Of a stretch of DNA of 64,000 nucleotides, positions 11,195 through 24,108 are shown piece by piece; the first letter of the stretch is position 1, and every line of letters begins with the position of its first letter. The notes under the pieces were generated by a model, which saw only the letters and a list, made by a program, of their open reading frames with translations, ran no database searches and was not told the DNA's origin. The position numbers and the translations under genes are program-made. This DNA is from Takakia lepidozioides (lineage: Eukaryota; Plantae; Bryophyta), in the NCBI GenBank assembly GCA_030704615.1, contig CM060732.1, positions 36,456,001-36,520,000 on the forward strand, read 5' to 3'.

Positions 11195-12850
11195 CATTAC
11201 CCCTAACCCTTACCCTTTTCTGCAAATGGCCCACATGGCCTATTCATACCATAACCATAGCCATAACCATAAACATTATGGTTATTGAAATGTCTTATCC
11301 CTTCACATTTGCGCTAGCTTTTTCCTTTGTTTTGGATTGACATGCATTTAGGCATGTTACAATTTGCTTTCTATGTTACATCTTAATACTAGGTCCAGGT
11401 TCCAACGACGAGTCTTTCATTTAAATACTTATCCATAATATTAGGTTCTTCATTTTTTTTTTGCTTTCTAATACCCTACTAATAACACTAAGTTCTAGCG
11501 AAGTCTGGAGTTTTCCATAAGTGTTTGTCTATTTTGTAACTTAAACAAAAACCCTAAACCCTTACTAGAAAACCCTAAACATTTACCCTTAACCCAATAC
11601 CCCAGAACCCTTTCCCTTCCTTTTGCAAATGAGAATCAACTATCTATACCGTAACCATAACCATTTTAGTTATCCAAATCTCTTCAATGTAACCAAATTT
11701 CCATTTTGTACCATACTAACACACACTAAGTTGTAGCGAGTGCGAGTCTTCCAGCATGTATGCTCACCATTTCTGCCCTAAACCCTCGTCGAAAACCCTA
11801 AGGAAAACCCTACACCATTATCACGTCTAAACCCTTACCCTTTCCCTGCAACTGGGAATGAAGTATCCATACCATAACCATAACTATTTATGGTTATTCA
11901 AATCTCTTCGCCCTTCACCTTGCGCAAGGTTTTGCCTTTGGTTTGGATTGACATGCACTTACCTTTTTTTATCGAACTTTGCTTTCTATGTATCTTAATA
12001 CCAGGTTCCAAGGACGAGTCTTTCATTTAAATACTTGTCTGATGCAATGACTACACTTCCATAATATTAGGTTCTTCATTTTTATTTTGCTTAGTACTAC
12101 CTTACTAACAACACTAAGTTGTAGCGAGTGCGAGTCTTCCGGCATGTATGCTCACCATTTCTGCTTTTAACCCAAACCCTAAACCCTCGTCGGGAACCCT
12201 AAACAAAACCCTACGCCATTGTTACGTCTAAACCCTTACCCTTCCCCTGCAAATGGGAATGAAGTATCCATACCATAACCATATGTATCTTAATACCAGG
12301 TTCCAAGGACGAATCCTCAATCTAAATACTTCTCCGGCCCAATGACTCTTCCATAATATTTGTTTCTCCATTTTTTATTTTTTTATTTATCCTACTAACA
12401 CACACCAAGTTCTAGCGACTGTGAGTCTTCCATATTTGTTTGTCCAATAGTGTTCTTAAACCCAAACCGAAAACCCTACCTTTACCATCACCCCTAAACC
12501 ATTAATCTTACCATAAACCAATAACTTTAGTGTACTATCCTAGTTACACTCCAAACCTTATTGTACTACCATGTTACCTCTTCTCAATGTTTCATGCTTT
12601 TTTAATATTTTCTTTTGTTGGATAAGGTATGATAGAATGATTACAGGGATATCAAATTCCTCAATCATTTCTTAATTCTACCGAGTGCGAGTCCATCATA
12701 TTTGTTTGTCTTTTTGTACCCTAAATCCAAACCCTAAACCCTTACCCTTACTGTAAACCCAAACCTTATTACACTTCTCTCTAGTTACACCCCAAACCTT
12801 ATTGTACTACCTTAGTACCTCTTCCGAATGTTTCATGCTATTCTAATATT
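11195..12850 (+). repeat. Degenerate array of ~200-400-bp units rich in AAACCCTA/AACCAT motifs
   Basis: Recurring blocks: 'acactaagtt(g/c)tagcga' (~11485, 11724, 12111; variant ~12402), 'ccaggttccaa(g/c)gacga' (~11395, 12001, 12296), 'cataccataaccata', and 'ctagttacac..ccaaaccttattgtactacc' (~12540, 12781). Confidence 0.85.
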
Positions 12851-13751
12851 TTACTGCCTTGTCAGATCCAAAACATGATTCATTCCAATGGCGTGGTATC
12901 TGAACATTGTGCTTCATATGAAGATTCAATCAATAAAATTACTAGCAAGTTGTATCGAGTATGGTAGAGTACGAGTTTGGCCCATGTTCGATGCGACCCA
13001 TTTGCTTATCATGATCCTGCAATGGAATTTTACTTTATTCGACTTCCAAGTGGACGTTCAATGAATTGTTCCATACTGCTACTTCACATTGAGCACTTCA
13101 ATGTCAAATGGACCTCTTATATGACACATTTTGAAACAAGTATGACATCACCTGAAATTTCACAAAGTTCAATCACACATTACACCATGATATTAATTAT
13201 ATTTCAATTAATTTTAATACAAATATATATTAAGTTTAGTCCAGATTTAAGCCAAAAGTCCAGAATTAATTAAAATAGTGTTAAGGGTGCACGGGCGTTG
13301 AACTCACAGAACGTTTTCCATTTCGCTATGTATCTTGCGCAGTGCGGAACAACCAATAAGAATTCATAACCGCATACATGCAGGAGTGCAACTGTATGCG
13401 TAGCAATAAGAATGTTATATGCAGGAATACAAATAAGTACCTCTTCAATGTCTTAGTTCGTTGCCATGGAACTACAAGAACACCTTTGGATGGGACTTCA
13501 TCAGCAGGAGGCTGCATTGCATCCCACGCGGTACCAACCACATTGGCATGGGTGGCGATTGGGTGTCAGCTACTAGTAGCAAGGCTGAGGATGTATTCAT
13601 GATTGTCCACAGGCAAGGATAGTTGAGGACCAGGGATAGAGGTCCAGATTCATCCAAGAGGGCCGGATTTCAAACACAAGTTTCATTCTGCTTCCTTGTG
13701 GATCAATAGCTACAAGCAATCGCGTGGGTAGATGGTCAACTGGAAACAGCA

Positions 13752-15655
13752 GTGACATTAGTGCAATTGATAGAACAAGGCGATGCTAATGAAGGTACCT
13801 TCTTCAACACATTTCAGCCTATTTTTCCCTGTTATCAGAATTTTTCCCTATTTTTGCCTGAAGGAGCAGGGGTAGAGTGTGGGTCCAGAATCATCCACGA
13901 GGGTTGGACTTCAAGCCTTGATTCCATGTGGGTCAGTAGCTACAAGAAACCTGCATGGGTAGATGGTAAACTAAAGGCAACAGCTGCAGCGGTACAGATG
14001 ATAAAATCAGGCACCTCAACCATGACCACAGCTTCTGAAAGAGGATTAAGAGAGGGAGTCCACAATGCCTCTTCTGACACTTCTGGGCATGTGAAGATAC
14101 TTTGTGCGGAAGACAGCCTGACAGAGGCTCTACAGATTCTAAACCAAGGAGGCATTTCAGCAGATTCAGATATGTATGTCTGTCTCTTGCTTAAGTGCAT
14201 CAAGATGGAAGGTCTCGAAGCTGGAAAGCAGGTGCACACTCACATTATCCAAAGTGGATTCACGACAAATGTTTTTCTACTCAACACCTTTGTCAATATG
14301 TATGTTAAGTATCGAGCATCAGGGATGCTCACCAAGTGTTCAATAGAATGCCTGAATGATCTTTGATCACGTGGAATATTATGTTGGAAGGATTTACCAA
14401 GCATAGGTGTGGTAGGAATGTTTTGGAGACATATGAGCAAATGATGTGCGAAGCGGTGAAGCCCAACCACATCACATTTGTTTGTGTTTGCAATGCGTGT
14501 GCAAGCCTGGGAGCTCTGGAAAAGAGGAAAGAGTCCATAATGACATTGTCAAAGACTGGAATTGTACCAGATGTCATCCTGAACACTGCCCTGGACCTGT
14601 TTGCCAAATGTGGATGCATTAAGGATGTGAGGAGAGTTTTCAACACTATGGCTGAACGAGATGTGGTGTCGTGGAACATAATGCTTGCAGGGTATGCACA
14701 ACAAAGGCACAAGATGGAGGCTTTGGAGACCTATGAGCAAACGATGGGGGAAGGGGTGAAGCCTAACCACATCGGAAGGCATTTCAGCAGATTTAGATAT
14801 GTATGTCTGTCTCTTGCTTAAGTGCATCAATGGAAGGTCTGGAAGCTGGAAAGTAGGTGCATACTTATCCAAAGTCGATTCACGTCAAATATTTTTCTAC
14901 TCAACACCCTTGTCAACATGTATGTTAAGTGCGGGAGCATCATCGGTGCTCACCAAGTGTTCAACAGAATGCCTCAACGATCTTTGATCACGTGGAATAT
15001 AATGTTGGCAGGATGCAATGCGTGTGCAAGCCTGGGAGCTCTGGAAAATGGGAAAGAGGTCCATGGTGACATTGTCAAAGCTGGAATTGTACCGGATGTC
15101 ATTCTGAACACTGCCCTGGTGGACATGTATGCCAAACGTGGGTGCATTAAGGATGCGAAGGGAGTTTCCAACACTATGGCTGAACGAGATGTGGTGTCAT
15201 GGAACGCGATGCTTGCAGGGTATGCACAGCAGGGACGTGGTATGGAGGCTTTGGATACCTATGATCAAATGATGGGGGAAGGGGTGAAGCCCGACCACAT
15301 CACGTTTGTGTGCATTTGCAATGCGTGTGCAAGTGTGGCAGCTCTGGAAAAGGGCAAAGAGGTCCATGGCGACATTGTCAGAGCTGCAATTGTATCAAAT
15401 GTCATTTTGAACAATACCCTTGTGGACATGTATGAGGGCGAGCGTGTATGGCTGAACGAGATGTGCTATCGTGGAGTGCGATCATTGTAGGATATGCACA
15501 GCAAGGGCGCGGGATGAAGGCTTTGGAGACCTATGAGCAAATGGTGTGCGAAGGGGTGAAGCCCGCGCTTTGCATTGCATGATGTTGAGGAAGAGCTTAA
15601 AGAATTGTCTCTTACCCACCACAATGAGAAGTTGGCCATTGCTTTTGCTTTTGCA
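13752..15655 (+). pseudogene. PLS-class PPR pseudogene with internal duplication and a DYW-domain fragment
   Basis: P/L/S motifs spread over three frames. The block starting ~14148 (ggcatttcagcagatt) recurs at ~14778. Tail FALHDVEEELKELSLTHHNEKLAIAFAF (~15569-15655) resembles the DYW HxE(K)LA motif. Confidence 0.9.
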
Positions 15656-16428
15656 TTCTTTGCCAGCTGCGAGTCAGGTTGGACTCCAACAGTGCCAGCA
15701 AAGGTACATGAAATCTTTTCGGAGAGGAATTCTCCACAATAGGTTTTGAACATAATTGGACCTTGCGAAGGTTGAAACTGTAGAACAAGTTCAGAAACTG
15801 TCCTAGTTGATGAACAGAGGTGCAGTGACTAAGGTCTTGATGGTCCTCAAGAGAGTCACTCTCTGATGAGAATACCCAGGACTGTGTATCAGAAAATGGA
15901 AACTTTCTTCAGGCCTCTTGCACATTGGGCATTGACAATGTCCCTTTCCTCTCTGCATCTGTTTCTTCCAGAGTGAGATATTTGATATTAGCTTGATGAT
16001 TCCACACCAAGTCTTTGATAATTTTATCGAGGGCAAACAAATATTTTTTATTAATTCATTAGTATTCTGTTCTTAAATGAATAAAATTGATATAATATAA
16101 AAACATACATATACATATTTGAGGGTATTTTTTAATGATTGAAAAGGGAAATATACATATAGAAGAGGGTACTTTTTAAAGATCACAAATTTCTATATAT
16201 TTACTAGATGGGGTTTTATAATCTTCAAAATGTATGTACAGAGGGGGTATAAATGATCCAAGGACCCATATACAGGGGTTTTTTTTTATTAGGCGACGCA
16301 CGCACGTGATACGGACATTTTATACAGAGTGCACCCCCAGGTATGTAGTACGCCTGCCTAGCAAAGAGAATATCATCTGCATATTGTATGCACATTGCAA
16401 CGCCTTGGTCACACGGGAGCAGCTGTAA

Positions 16429-18846
16429 TCAACAGACTCTGCACAAGTCCAAGTGGCGTAAAATTAGTAAGTTGCTTATCAGATTCAGTCTTCCACACAG
16501 AATTATAAGTTCACATAAGAGATTGAAAACCAATAACAGTACAATGTCTGCTGTATTGCAAAAGGATGAGCCGTTTGACATACCCGAATTCAGAGCAATC
16601 CAACCCATGTCAAGATCCTCGCGGTACCTCAATGTGGCAGCGAAATCCTGGAGCGGCTTATCAACTTGTTGTCCTGGCTATCCGACCCCACACCACAAGG
16701 CCTGAAAGGAAGCAAGATTAAAAATGGTAAGGTCCCGCACAGCCCTGTGTCTGACTTGTTGCATGAAGTCATGGATGGAATCCAAAACACGCAGTCGGTC
16801 TGCTTCCTGTCGGTCTACAAAGTCACTTGTGCTTTGGAGCACCTCCTCTTGGACTTCATCGTAGGGGGGCATGCGGCCATACAGCAAGTGGCCAAATGAC
16901 AGGAAATTCGCTGCTGCATTTCTAATCATATTGTTACCCTCGGCGGTGGACAGAAGTTGGTCAAGGAGTTCATCTAACATGTGGTTTCTGGGTGTGAACA
17001 GGGGCATAGTCGCGTCAATGTGGCAGATCCAAAGGAGGCGCAAAACTCTCATGAAAGGGGGGACTTCGGGGACCTCTCCCAGAATTGATGATGATGCAAA
17101 ACGCTGGACGAGCATTTGAGTTTTTTCTTTGGAATGACTGAAAACTTTAGGCATGTTTGGGAACTCACCCATCTTCACAATTCTGAACAAGGGGGACCAG
17201 CCCCATTTAGCCTCGTGTATTTCATCATGTGCTAGCCTCTCCCATTTGGCCATCCTAGCCTCGACATACTCACGTCTTCGAGTGTCCAACGCAGCCAGAG
17301 TTGCAACCTCCTTCACTTCATAATCATTGAGAGCAACCTTGTATTTGTTGTAGTAAAAAAGAGCCACGCATTCTTCGTACCGTCCCCCGTGGTCAGGAGT
17401 GAAACCGGGGCGTATGGCAAACAAATTCAATGTCTTCTTCAGAAGCTCCCCCTCATGGGGAGGTCCAGCGTGCTGCCACCACAAATAGGCGTCGGGAAGG
17501 ACCCCACATTAGCATACAACACATTACAATGAATAACAGTGAAAGAAAAAAGGTATGCACCACAAAACAATATGTCATGGATGCAAAAAAATTGCTTCCT
17601 GCCCAATTACAAGCAATACAATAGAATGAAGACAGTCCCAATTCAGACCTTGCTTTGCAAACACTCTTATTGACAGGGAAGACTGCATGGATATGAAAGA
17701 ATCTGTAAAGTCACCCGCATGCAAACATGTGGGTGGGACAGGGAGGGCGCAGCCGAAAAATATGCATGAGCGCATGACATAAATTAAATGCAAGTGGTAG
17801 TAACTGAGAGTGAAAAGGGGAAATACCATGCGTTTCATGAACTATCTACCGTAGGCAACACCCATCATATGTCAGGGAATTCGGGGCTGGCCGCTAGCTC
17901 CACAAAACGTTCAAAAAAATGAGGGTCGTCTGGTGAAGCGAACCCAGGAGGCAACAAATCGTAGTCCATGAGGTAGCTCAGACCGTGATACATCAACTGG
18001 TTTGGGTGGAAGAACTACATCAGACTGTATTATCAAAGAAGCTGTTTCAAATGCCTTTCTGGCTTCCTGTCTACTGAGAAGTCCAAGAGACCTTGTGCGT
18101 ATCAAATCCTCTGGAGTTGGAGTCACCGTATCATCAGTCTTGGATTTGACCCTAGGTTTTTTGGGTCCCTCCCCCCTAGATGTCGTTTGTTTCTTTGGCA
18201 GGACGACTGTGTCCTCTGTTGTGGTGGACTCCCCTGGCTGAACAGACAGTCTCACATTTTTTGGTACACACAAGTTCATCTTCCGCAACTTGGATGGTGG
18301 CTCCTCTGCAAATTCGTCATCACCGCTATCAGGCAGCTCTACCACCTTATCCACCTTATCCACGCCCACCCTATGCGGACGCGAGTTTTTGCGCGGCATG
18401 AGTCCGTGCTTGGTGAGAACACCCTCGTACTTCGCCCTCTGGGCCACCTCAAAAATAGGGTACATTTTGAGTTTATGGGCACCCTTGTACTGAAGAGCAT
18501 CACATCCGTTTATCCTGTGAATGTTTAGTTTCTTCTTGTCTTTATAGATCTTATTACAGTATATGCATTTGAAGGGCAACCTGTTATTAGAACCAGGTTC
18601 CTCCACCCTTGCCTTCGTGTGGGCCTCGCAGATCAATTCCTCCCACTCGTCTGAGTCATACACCTCTTGGTACTGCCGACGCGATTCCACCATAGTGGAT
18701 TTTTTCACCATATCGCCAGAAGAAGTGGTGCGCCTCGAGAAGAAGTTTCCCGCCTCTGAGAATGGTAAAACGAACTCCTGCCACGCGGTTCGGAGTGTGG
18801 AAGCGACAGTATGGAAGCAATGCGGTGAAGGACAGGGAAAACACAA
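16429..18846 (-). pseudogene. Orphan two-exon zinc-finger gene remnant (C2H2/C2HC-like finger plus ~300-aa helical region), possibly TE-borne
   Basis: ORF 17911-18846 has FKCIYCNKIYKDKKKLNIHRINGC. Frameshifts near 17990 and 17865, probable intron ~17850-17473. ORF 16678-17484 continues past a TAG into 16429-16632. Confidence 0.5.
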
Positions 18847-20354
18847 TGGAATACTGGCGAGAGCAACATGGCTCCAAAGAAAAAAGACAGTATGTACAGT
18901 GAAACCCTAATCAAAAAATGAGAAGGGACTTCTACCACGCAAATACCCCGCAAATGGTACATACACGGCACGAGAATCTGAAGAGAAGGCGAATTACAAC
19001 AACGACAACAAGAAATGAAGAAAATGAAAACTATGAATGCGCACCATGTTCAGGCTACTTCGTTCAGCCCTAGGAAAGGTTGCAGCAGAAAGACAACACA
19101 AGGGGGACAACATGATCATGAAACAGTAGCAATGGTGACACCAACCTCTGAAATCCCTTCGATGGCGGGAGCGTCTCACTTCTTTCTCGATATTCTGCTC
19201 TACAGACTGTGGGCGAGGTCGATAGGATTCGGACTCCACCGTTCGAGCGCCATGAATACTGCAGCAAAACGTCTTCAAGAAGGGTGAATCAAAACGTCTC
19301 CCATGCGAAGCGTCCCTTCCGTCTCTGTGTACGCACCTGTCAAGCACATGGGAAAGTCCCAGGGACAACTGAATGTCTATGGTATGATTGGGCCCTATGA
19401 TTGCGCTCTACAACGGTGCGTCTATGACGAGGCATGTGAGGGACATGCATGATGGCTGGGTACAATACAGTAATGCACATGCATTCATGGGGCATGCATG
19501 ATGATGCGTGAAATATAGTCACACGGAGTTCAATGTGTGACAGTACTTTCGCGAGCCATGGACCCGGCGCGGTGGAGCAGGAGGGGGTCGCCCGGGGCGG
19601 CGACCGCAGACCGCGGGCCGCGGCTTTGCCCCCAGGCGGGGGAAAGGCGGAGGGCGGGGGTGTGGCCACGCATGCAGGCCCGCTGAGGGAGCATTCAACT
19701 CCCAGGCCTCATATATCACTTGCCCAAGTTGATAAACGTACTCCAATGGGTAAGGGTAGCGCGGTCATGCTTTTCACGATGGGGCTTGGTTTTTGGAGGC
19801 CGCACTATCCCCGGAGTGTCTGGGACATAGTGCCGCGGTCATGTCCTCAATGATGTACCCGCCCAACACTCGCTGGAGCCACTCCCACTCTCCACGTAGG
19901 TTTCATCCAGAGGAGATTGCTGGGGATTCATCGGCATCCACTCCCCTGGATGTGGATGAAAGTTTCGATGAACCTTGTACTCCTTTCTGTTAAATTGGGT
20001 ATGCTTTCCTTTAAAAGAACAAAAACAAAATGCCAGTTCAAAATAGAGAGAAAGAAAAGGTCTAAAAACAAAAACAAAATAAAAGAAGAAGGTCTAGGAT
20101 ATAGGTGCCCGTTGGTCTTCCGCTTGAATGGATCCAGGCGGCGTGGCGTGGCAGACTGTGGAGATCGGCAGACAAGAGGAGGAGGGAGGCAGATCATGTT
20201 GTGGGCTTGATGCAGACAGAGAGGAGTGAGAGAGCAGAAGAAACCATGTTGTGGATTTGATGCAGATAGATAGATAGAGAGAGAGCAGGGGAAGAGCTGA
20301 GAGAGAGAGAGAAAGAGGGAGAGGTGAGGAAGGCGTGGAGACAGAGAAAGCAGA

Positions 20355-22560
20355 ATGTTGAAATTGAAAGGGTCGCAAGCAGGTGTGGTGGTGTTCGCTG
20401 TCTGTTTGAGTTTTATTTCAGCATCCCTGGGTTTTGCTGCGACAGCGAAGCGTACCAAGGTAGGATTGTACTCAACTGCCTCCTCCCGCTGTGTTTGGGA
20501 GTTTTCCATTGCAACCCCTTCTGCTCCATAACCCACATTTGTCTGGAGCAAGGAGGGTCTATTGTAATTTGTGGGCCCAATGCTGGTGAGATTCATTCCC
20601 GTTATTGTTTTGGCGAGGTTGTTCAAGGAGCCAGCACCCTGCAATCATTCTCATTGTTGACGCATCGCACGCCAATCAGCTTGGATTCCGTCCCGGTTGT
20701 CCATCACTCACCTTGTCCTTAATCAATTCCGTTAACATCTGCTTTCAGGATTGAGGGTCTAATGTTGGTCCAGTCTGTTAGACTGCCCGCAGGATCAGTC
20801 TTCTGGTATTTAGCGATCCAAGGCTTGATGGCTGTAGCATGCGAGGTATGATACTAAAGCTCGGACCCAGTCAAACAATGGCATGGATGCCCTGAGTATC
20901 AGTCCAGATAGAACAACATGTTCAAAGCACTTCACGAAGCGGTTGTCGAAGGGGAAGCCCAGTCCAGTGTCGTGTACTTTACTGTCCAGTGTCGTTCACT
21001 TCACGGTGGGGTCAGTTGAATCACATGCCTAATATCAGATACTCTGAGATGATCGACTTTATTCTTCGGAAGCAAGACCCTCTTGTTAACAGGCAAGTCC
21101 TGGTGGAAAAGGGTAGAGGAGATTTTCAAGTACCTGAATATTAGGCAGGAAGAACTTGCCCTGCTAGATGAAGCTGACTTGGAGGCTGAAGCGTCGAGGT
21201 GTCCGAACAAACCGAAGCTAGGCATAGAACTTCCCTGAACTTATTTCCAGATGCAGAGAGAAGGGAGATTGTCAATGCCCGATGTGTGGGCAGCCTGAAG
21301 ACAACATCCGCTTTCTGCTCTGTTCAACAACTTCCAAAATCTCGAGGCTGAGCCTACCTTGATATAAACGATTAGTTTGGGCTTTCCATGTTTCCTCTAG
21401 AAAGCCCTTCACACAGGCATCAATCTGCTGTGTGCAGTGAGCTGCCCAGCAATTAGATCCCAAAAGAGCTAAGGCTTTAATGGAGTGTGTCTGTTTCCTT
21501 TTGTTGTGCCCAAACTGGGTGCATGATCTGTGGCCACAAGGCTATGGCAACAACGTCTGCGTACATTCTCTCTCACATGTGTGTGGTTGCTGATTTCTGC
21601 AGGCAATTCAACCTGTGGATGGCATCTGCCACTATCCAGGTAGCTCTGCATACCTTTATGCTTTGATTGGAGGAGTGGCGCTGGCGGCAGCTCAGCTGAC
21701 CCTCAATAATGCTGGTGGTTGCATCTGCTGTGCTCATGGTCCAGACAGACATTTTTATCCCACCAGTCGTGCGCGGGCTCTCTCCATACTTTGTCTTGTC
21801 GTAAGCTGGTATGTCCCAGCCTGATTTGCAACAGTAGTAGTCTTCCAGAGACTGAGGCAGAACAAACATTTGAACCATTTTTGGCATGACAAGGCTGTGT
21901 GATGCTTGGTTTTCTTTGCAGATAACCATCTCTGACAGCAGAAGGTGCTATAGTTCTTTTGTCTTTAGCTGCCAAACAGTTGGAACTAATTAGGTTTTGG
22001 TTGGCATGTCTATTTCGTGATAGAGGGGCATTTCAATGTCGGTAAGTATAACAGGCTCCACATTCCTGCCCCTTGAAAGGGGGGGGGTGCATAAATTGGC
22101 ACCCAGTCTTGGTGAGGATGAGATTCCATGAAATCAATATAAGACGGTAGGACAAGTCAATTGAACTGGAGACTGACCAGAATTCTTGCATGGTGTGGCC
22201 AGGGTCACTTTCATAATGGGAGCCCTGTTATTCGTGCGGGGGTCGAGTCTGAATAAAGTGGGAGATGAAACTTCGTATGACGACCAGTGTCTTGTAGCAG
22301 GGCCTATGGTCTTTATTGGGGCTGCCTTATTGGCACTCCTCACAGTCGTGTTTGCAAGCATCTACTACATTACCACCGTCAGCATCAAGAATGCAGCTTG
22401 GTCAGCACCACTACCCCAATATGTCCAGCAAGGGATTGCAATAGGCCAGCCAGCGTATGGAGATCCAACAGGGTTCCCCTGCAAAGCTCAACCTGGACCT
22501 TCACAGACATATCCAGGGCCCCTACCAGTCTATGGCCAAGACACTCCCATGAAGAAGTGA
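20355..22560 (+). CDS. DUF1218 family (MWL/VCC/DEAL-like) four-TM protein
   Basis: Exons 20355-20459 (MLKLKG...SASLGFAATAKRTK), 21603-21808 (ICHYPGSSAY...GGCICC...LVVSW) and 22203-22560 (VTFIMG...QCLV...GIAIGQP). GT-AG introns in phase. Confidence 0.88.
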
Positions 22561-24108
22561 ACTGAAGTGCTGTTGCTATGATTGTCCGTGCCATTGTTCA
22601 CAAACAGGTCTTGGGATGGTTTCACATGAGGCTTGCCCAGCCCACTCAGAGTATCAGGCCTACATGACCAACTCACACAATATTTTATTTTGAGAGGAAA
22701 GGTTGAGTAAAAGAATTGTCTGATTTAGAGTGGCCTTACAACAATTGGTTAAGGAGGGATTCTATCCACAGTAAACTCTAGTCACCCTAATGCTTTTGTA
22801 CAGTTCTTACAAAAGTAATCAATTGCTGATTGCTTCATTGTATTCTCCCTAAGGACATTCCATACAAACACTCACCTTCTGGAGCAGGTATTTGGACTAC
22901 CATGTCTGCGTGCAAGCTAATGTTTCCCGTTCTCACAGTAGATAGCTGATTTGAAGTGTGTTTCAGTGTCAAAGGGATTCATCCACTTGCTCAGGCTACA
23001 TTTACACTTCATAATACAACATACCTGGCTCTCAGTACCCATCAGAGCTACTGTACAAATGGCTGCAAACTTTTTAGATAGCAAAGGTGCAGAGGTTAAA
23101 CCACTGACTGCAGTTTCTGCAATAGGCAGGTTCTTCATAGCACTAAAAATAGTTGGATGGGCCCAATCTCTTGGGTTAACAGATTGGGATGCCCAATTGG
23201 TGTGGGTTCAAATCTTGCAAGGCTTACTGGATTGAAGTGGGATGAGAGATCTCCCTTGTATTGAGTTTACTGGTGGGTAGAGTTCACCTTCCCTAGCATT
23301 AATTTCAAGTAACTCAAATGAACAAAGTACATTGCTGATGCTTCCTCCCGGACTCCTGGGACAGGCTTGCAGAAACCAGATTCTTGGATTCCAAGATAAA
23401 ACTGCAATCCAAATCAGTTCATCTACTGTGAACCTCCCTAATAACACTAATGCCAGAAACAGAAAACAAAAATCTCTTTCTCCCTTTGCTCTGCACCCCT
23501 TGCTGCATCAGACTGAGAGCCAGGTTTTTCCAAAAGAAACTGCAACCCACATCCACTTTGAACCATCCGTTAAAAAAACCAATCACCAAAAAAGCGGAAT
23601 CTCTTTCACCCATTCATCAACATGAGAGTGGGTTAATAAAGAAAGCATGTTCTTGTGACTGCACCCCCAGAACAGGAGGAGTGCGAGCCCCATAAACACC
23701 TCAGCAAGGCTCACTATTGGCATTCTGAGCTCTTAATAGTATATCATGCCGTTGGATATTGAGCCTTTCTGGCCCATCCTGGATACTCCTCCCTCTTTAT
23801 CCACCCAAACTGGGCGTGGGGTCTATGGCTGCAGCTTTCAGTACATGTGACACCATACTGCTGTCACAAGGAAGACCAGCAGATTCTTTTTGGAAAAGGA
23901 AAAAGGTGTGGGGGTTGTGAGCTAGAGACGTTGCATACATTCTTATGCAACCATTTGATGTCTGCATTGTTTCAAGGTATTCTACATAGAGTTGAACTGA
24001 ATTGGCGACATCTTGATTGAGCCCAAGAGGATATGTGGGAGGACCCTGTGACCATCTCTAAGTTAGAATTCCACGGCATGAATCCTGCAAGAGAGAATTC
24101 AAAACATC

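Larger units (their letters stand above)
2783..13305. mobile_element. Large decayed DNA transposon with Sola-like DDD transposase, divergent accessory gene and subterminal array; boundaries tentative
   Basis: Transposase pseudogene at 6976-10387, divergently oriented decayed gene at 2783-~4510, repeat array at 11.2-12.85 kb, candidate terminus ...GGGTGCACGGGCGTTGAACTC at 13285-13305. Confidence 0.45.

Noticed and set aside
11195-12850. True or interstitial telomere array
   Set aside because: AAACCCT motifs occur only in short broken clusters within longer complex units.
16040-16295. AT-rich segment with gagggt/aggggt motifs resembling a Mutator MITE arm
   Set aside because: No partner TIR or TSD found; too weak to annotate.
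19928-20644. 238-aa minus-strand ORF
   Set aside because: Antisense to DUF1218 exon 1 and its GA-rich 5' UTR; low-complexity translation.
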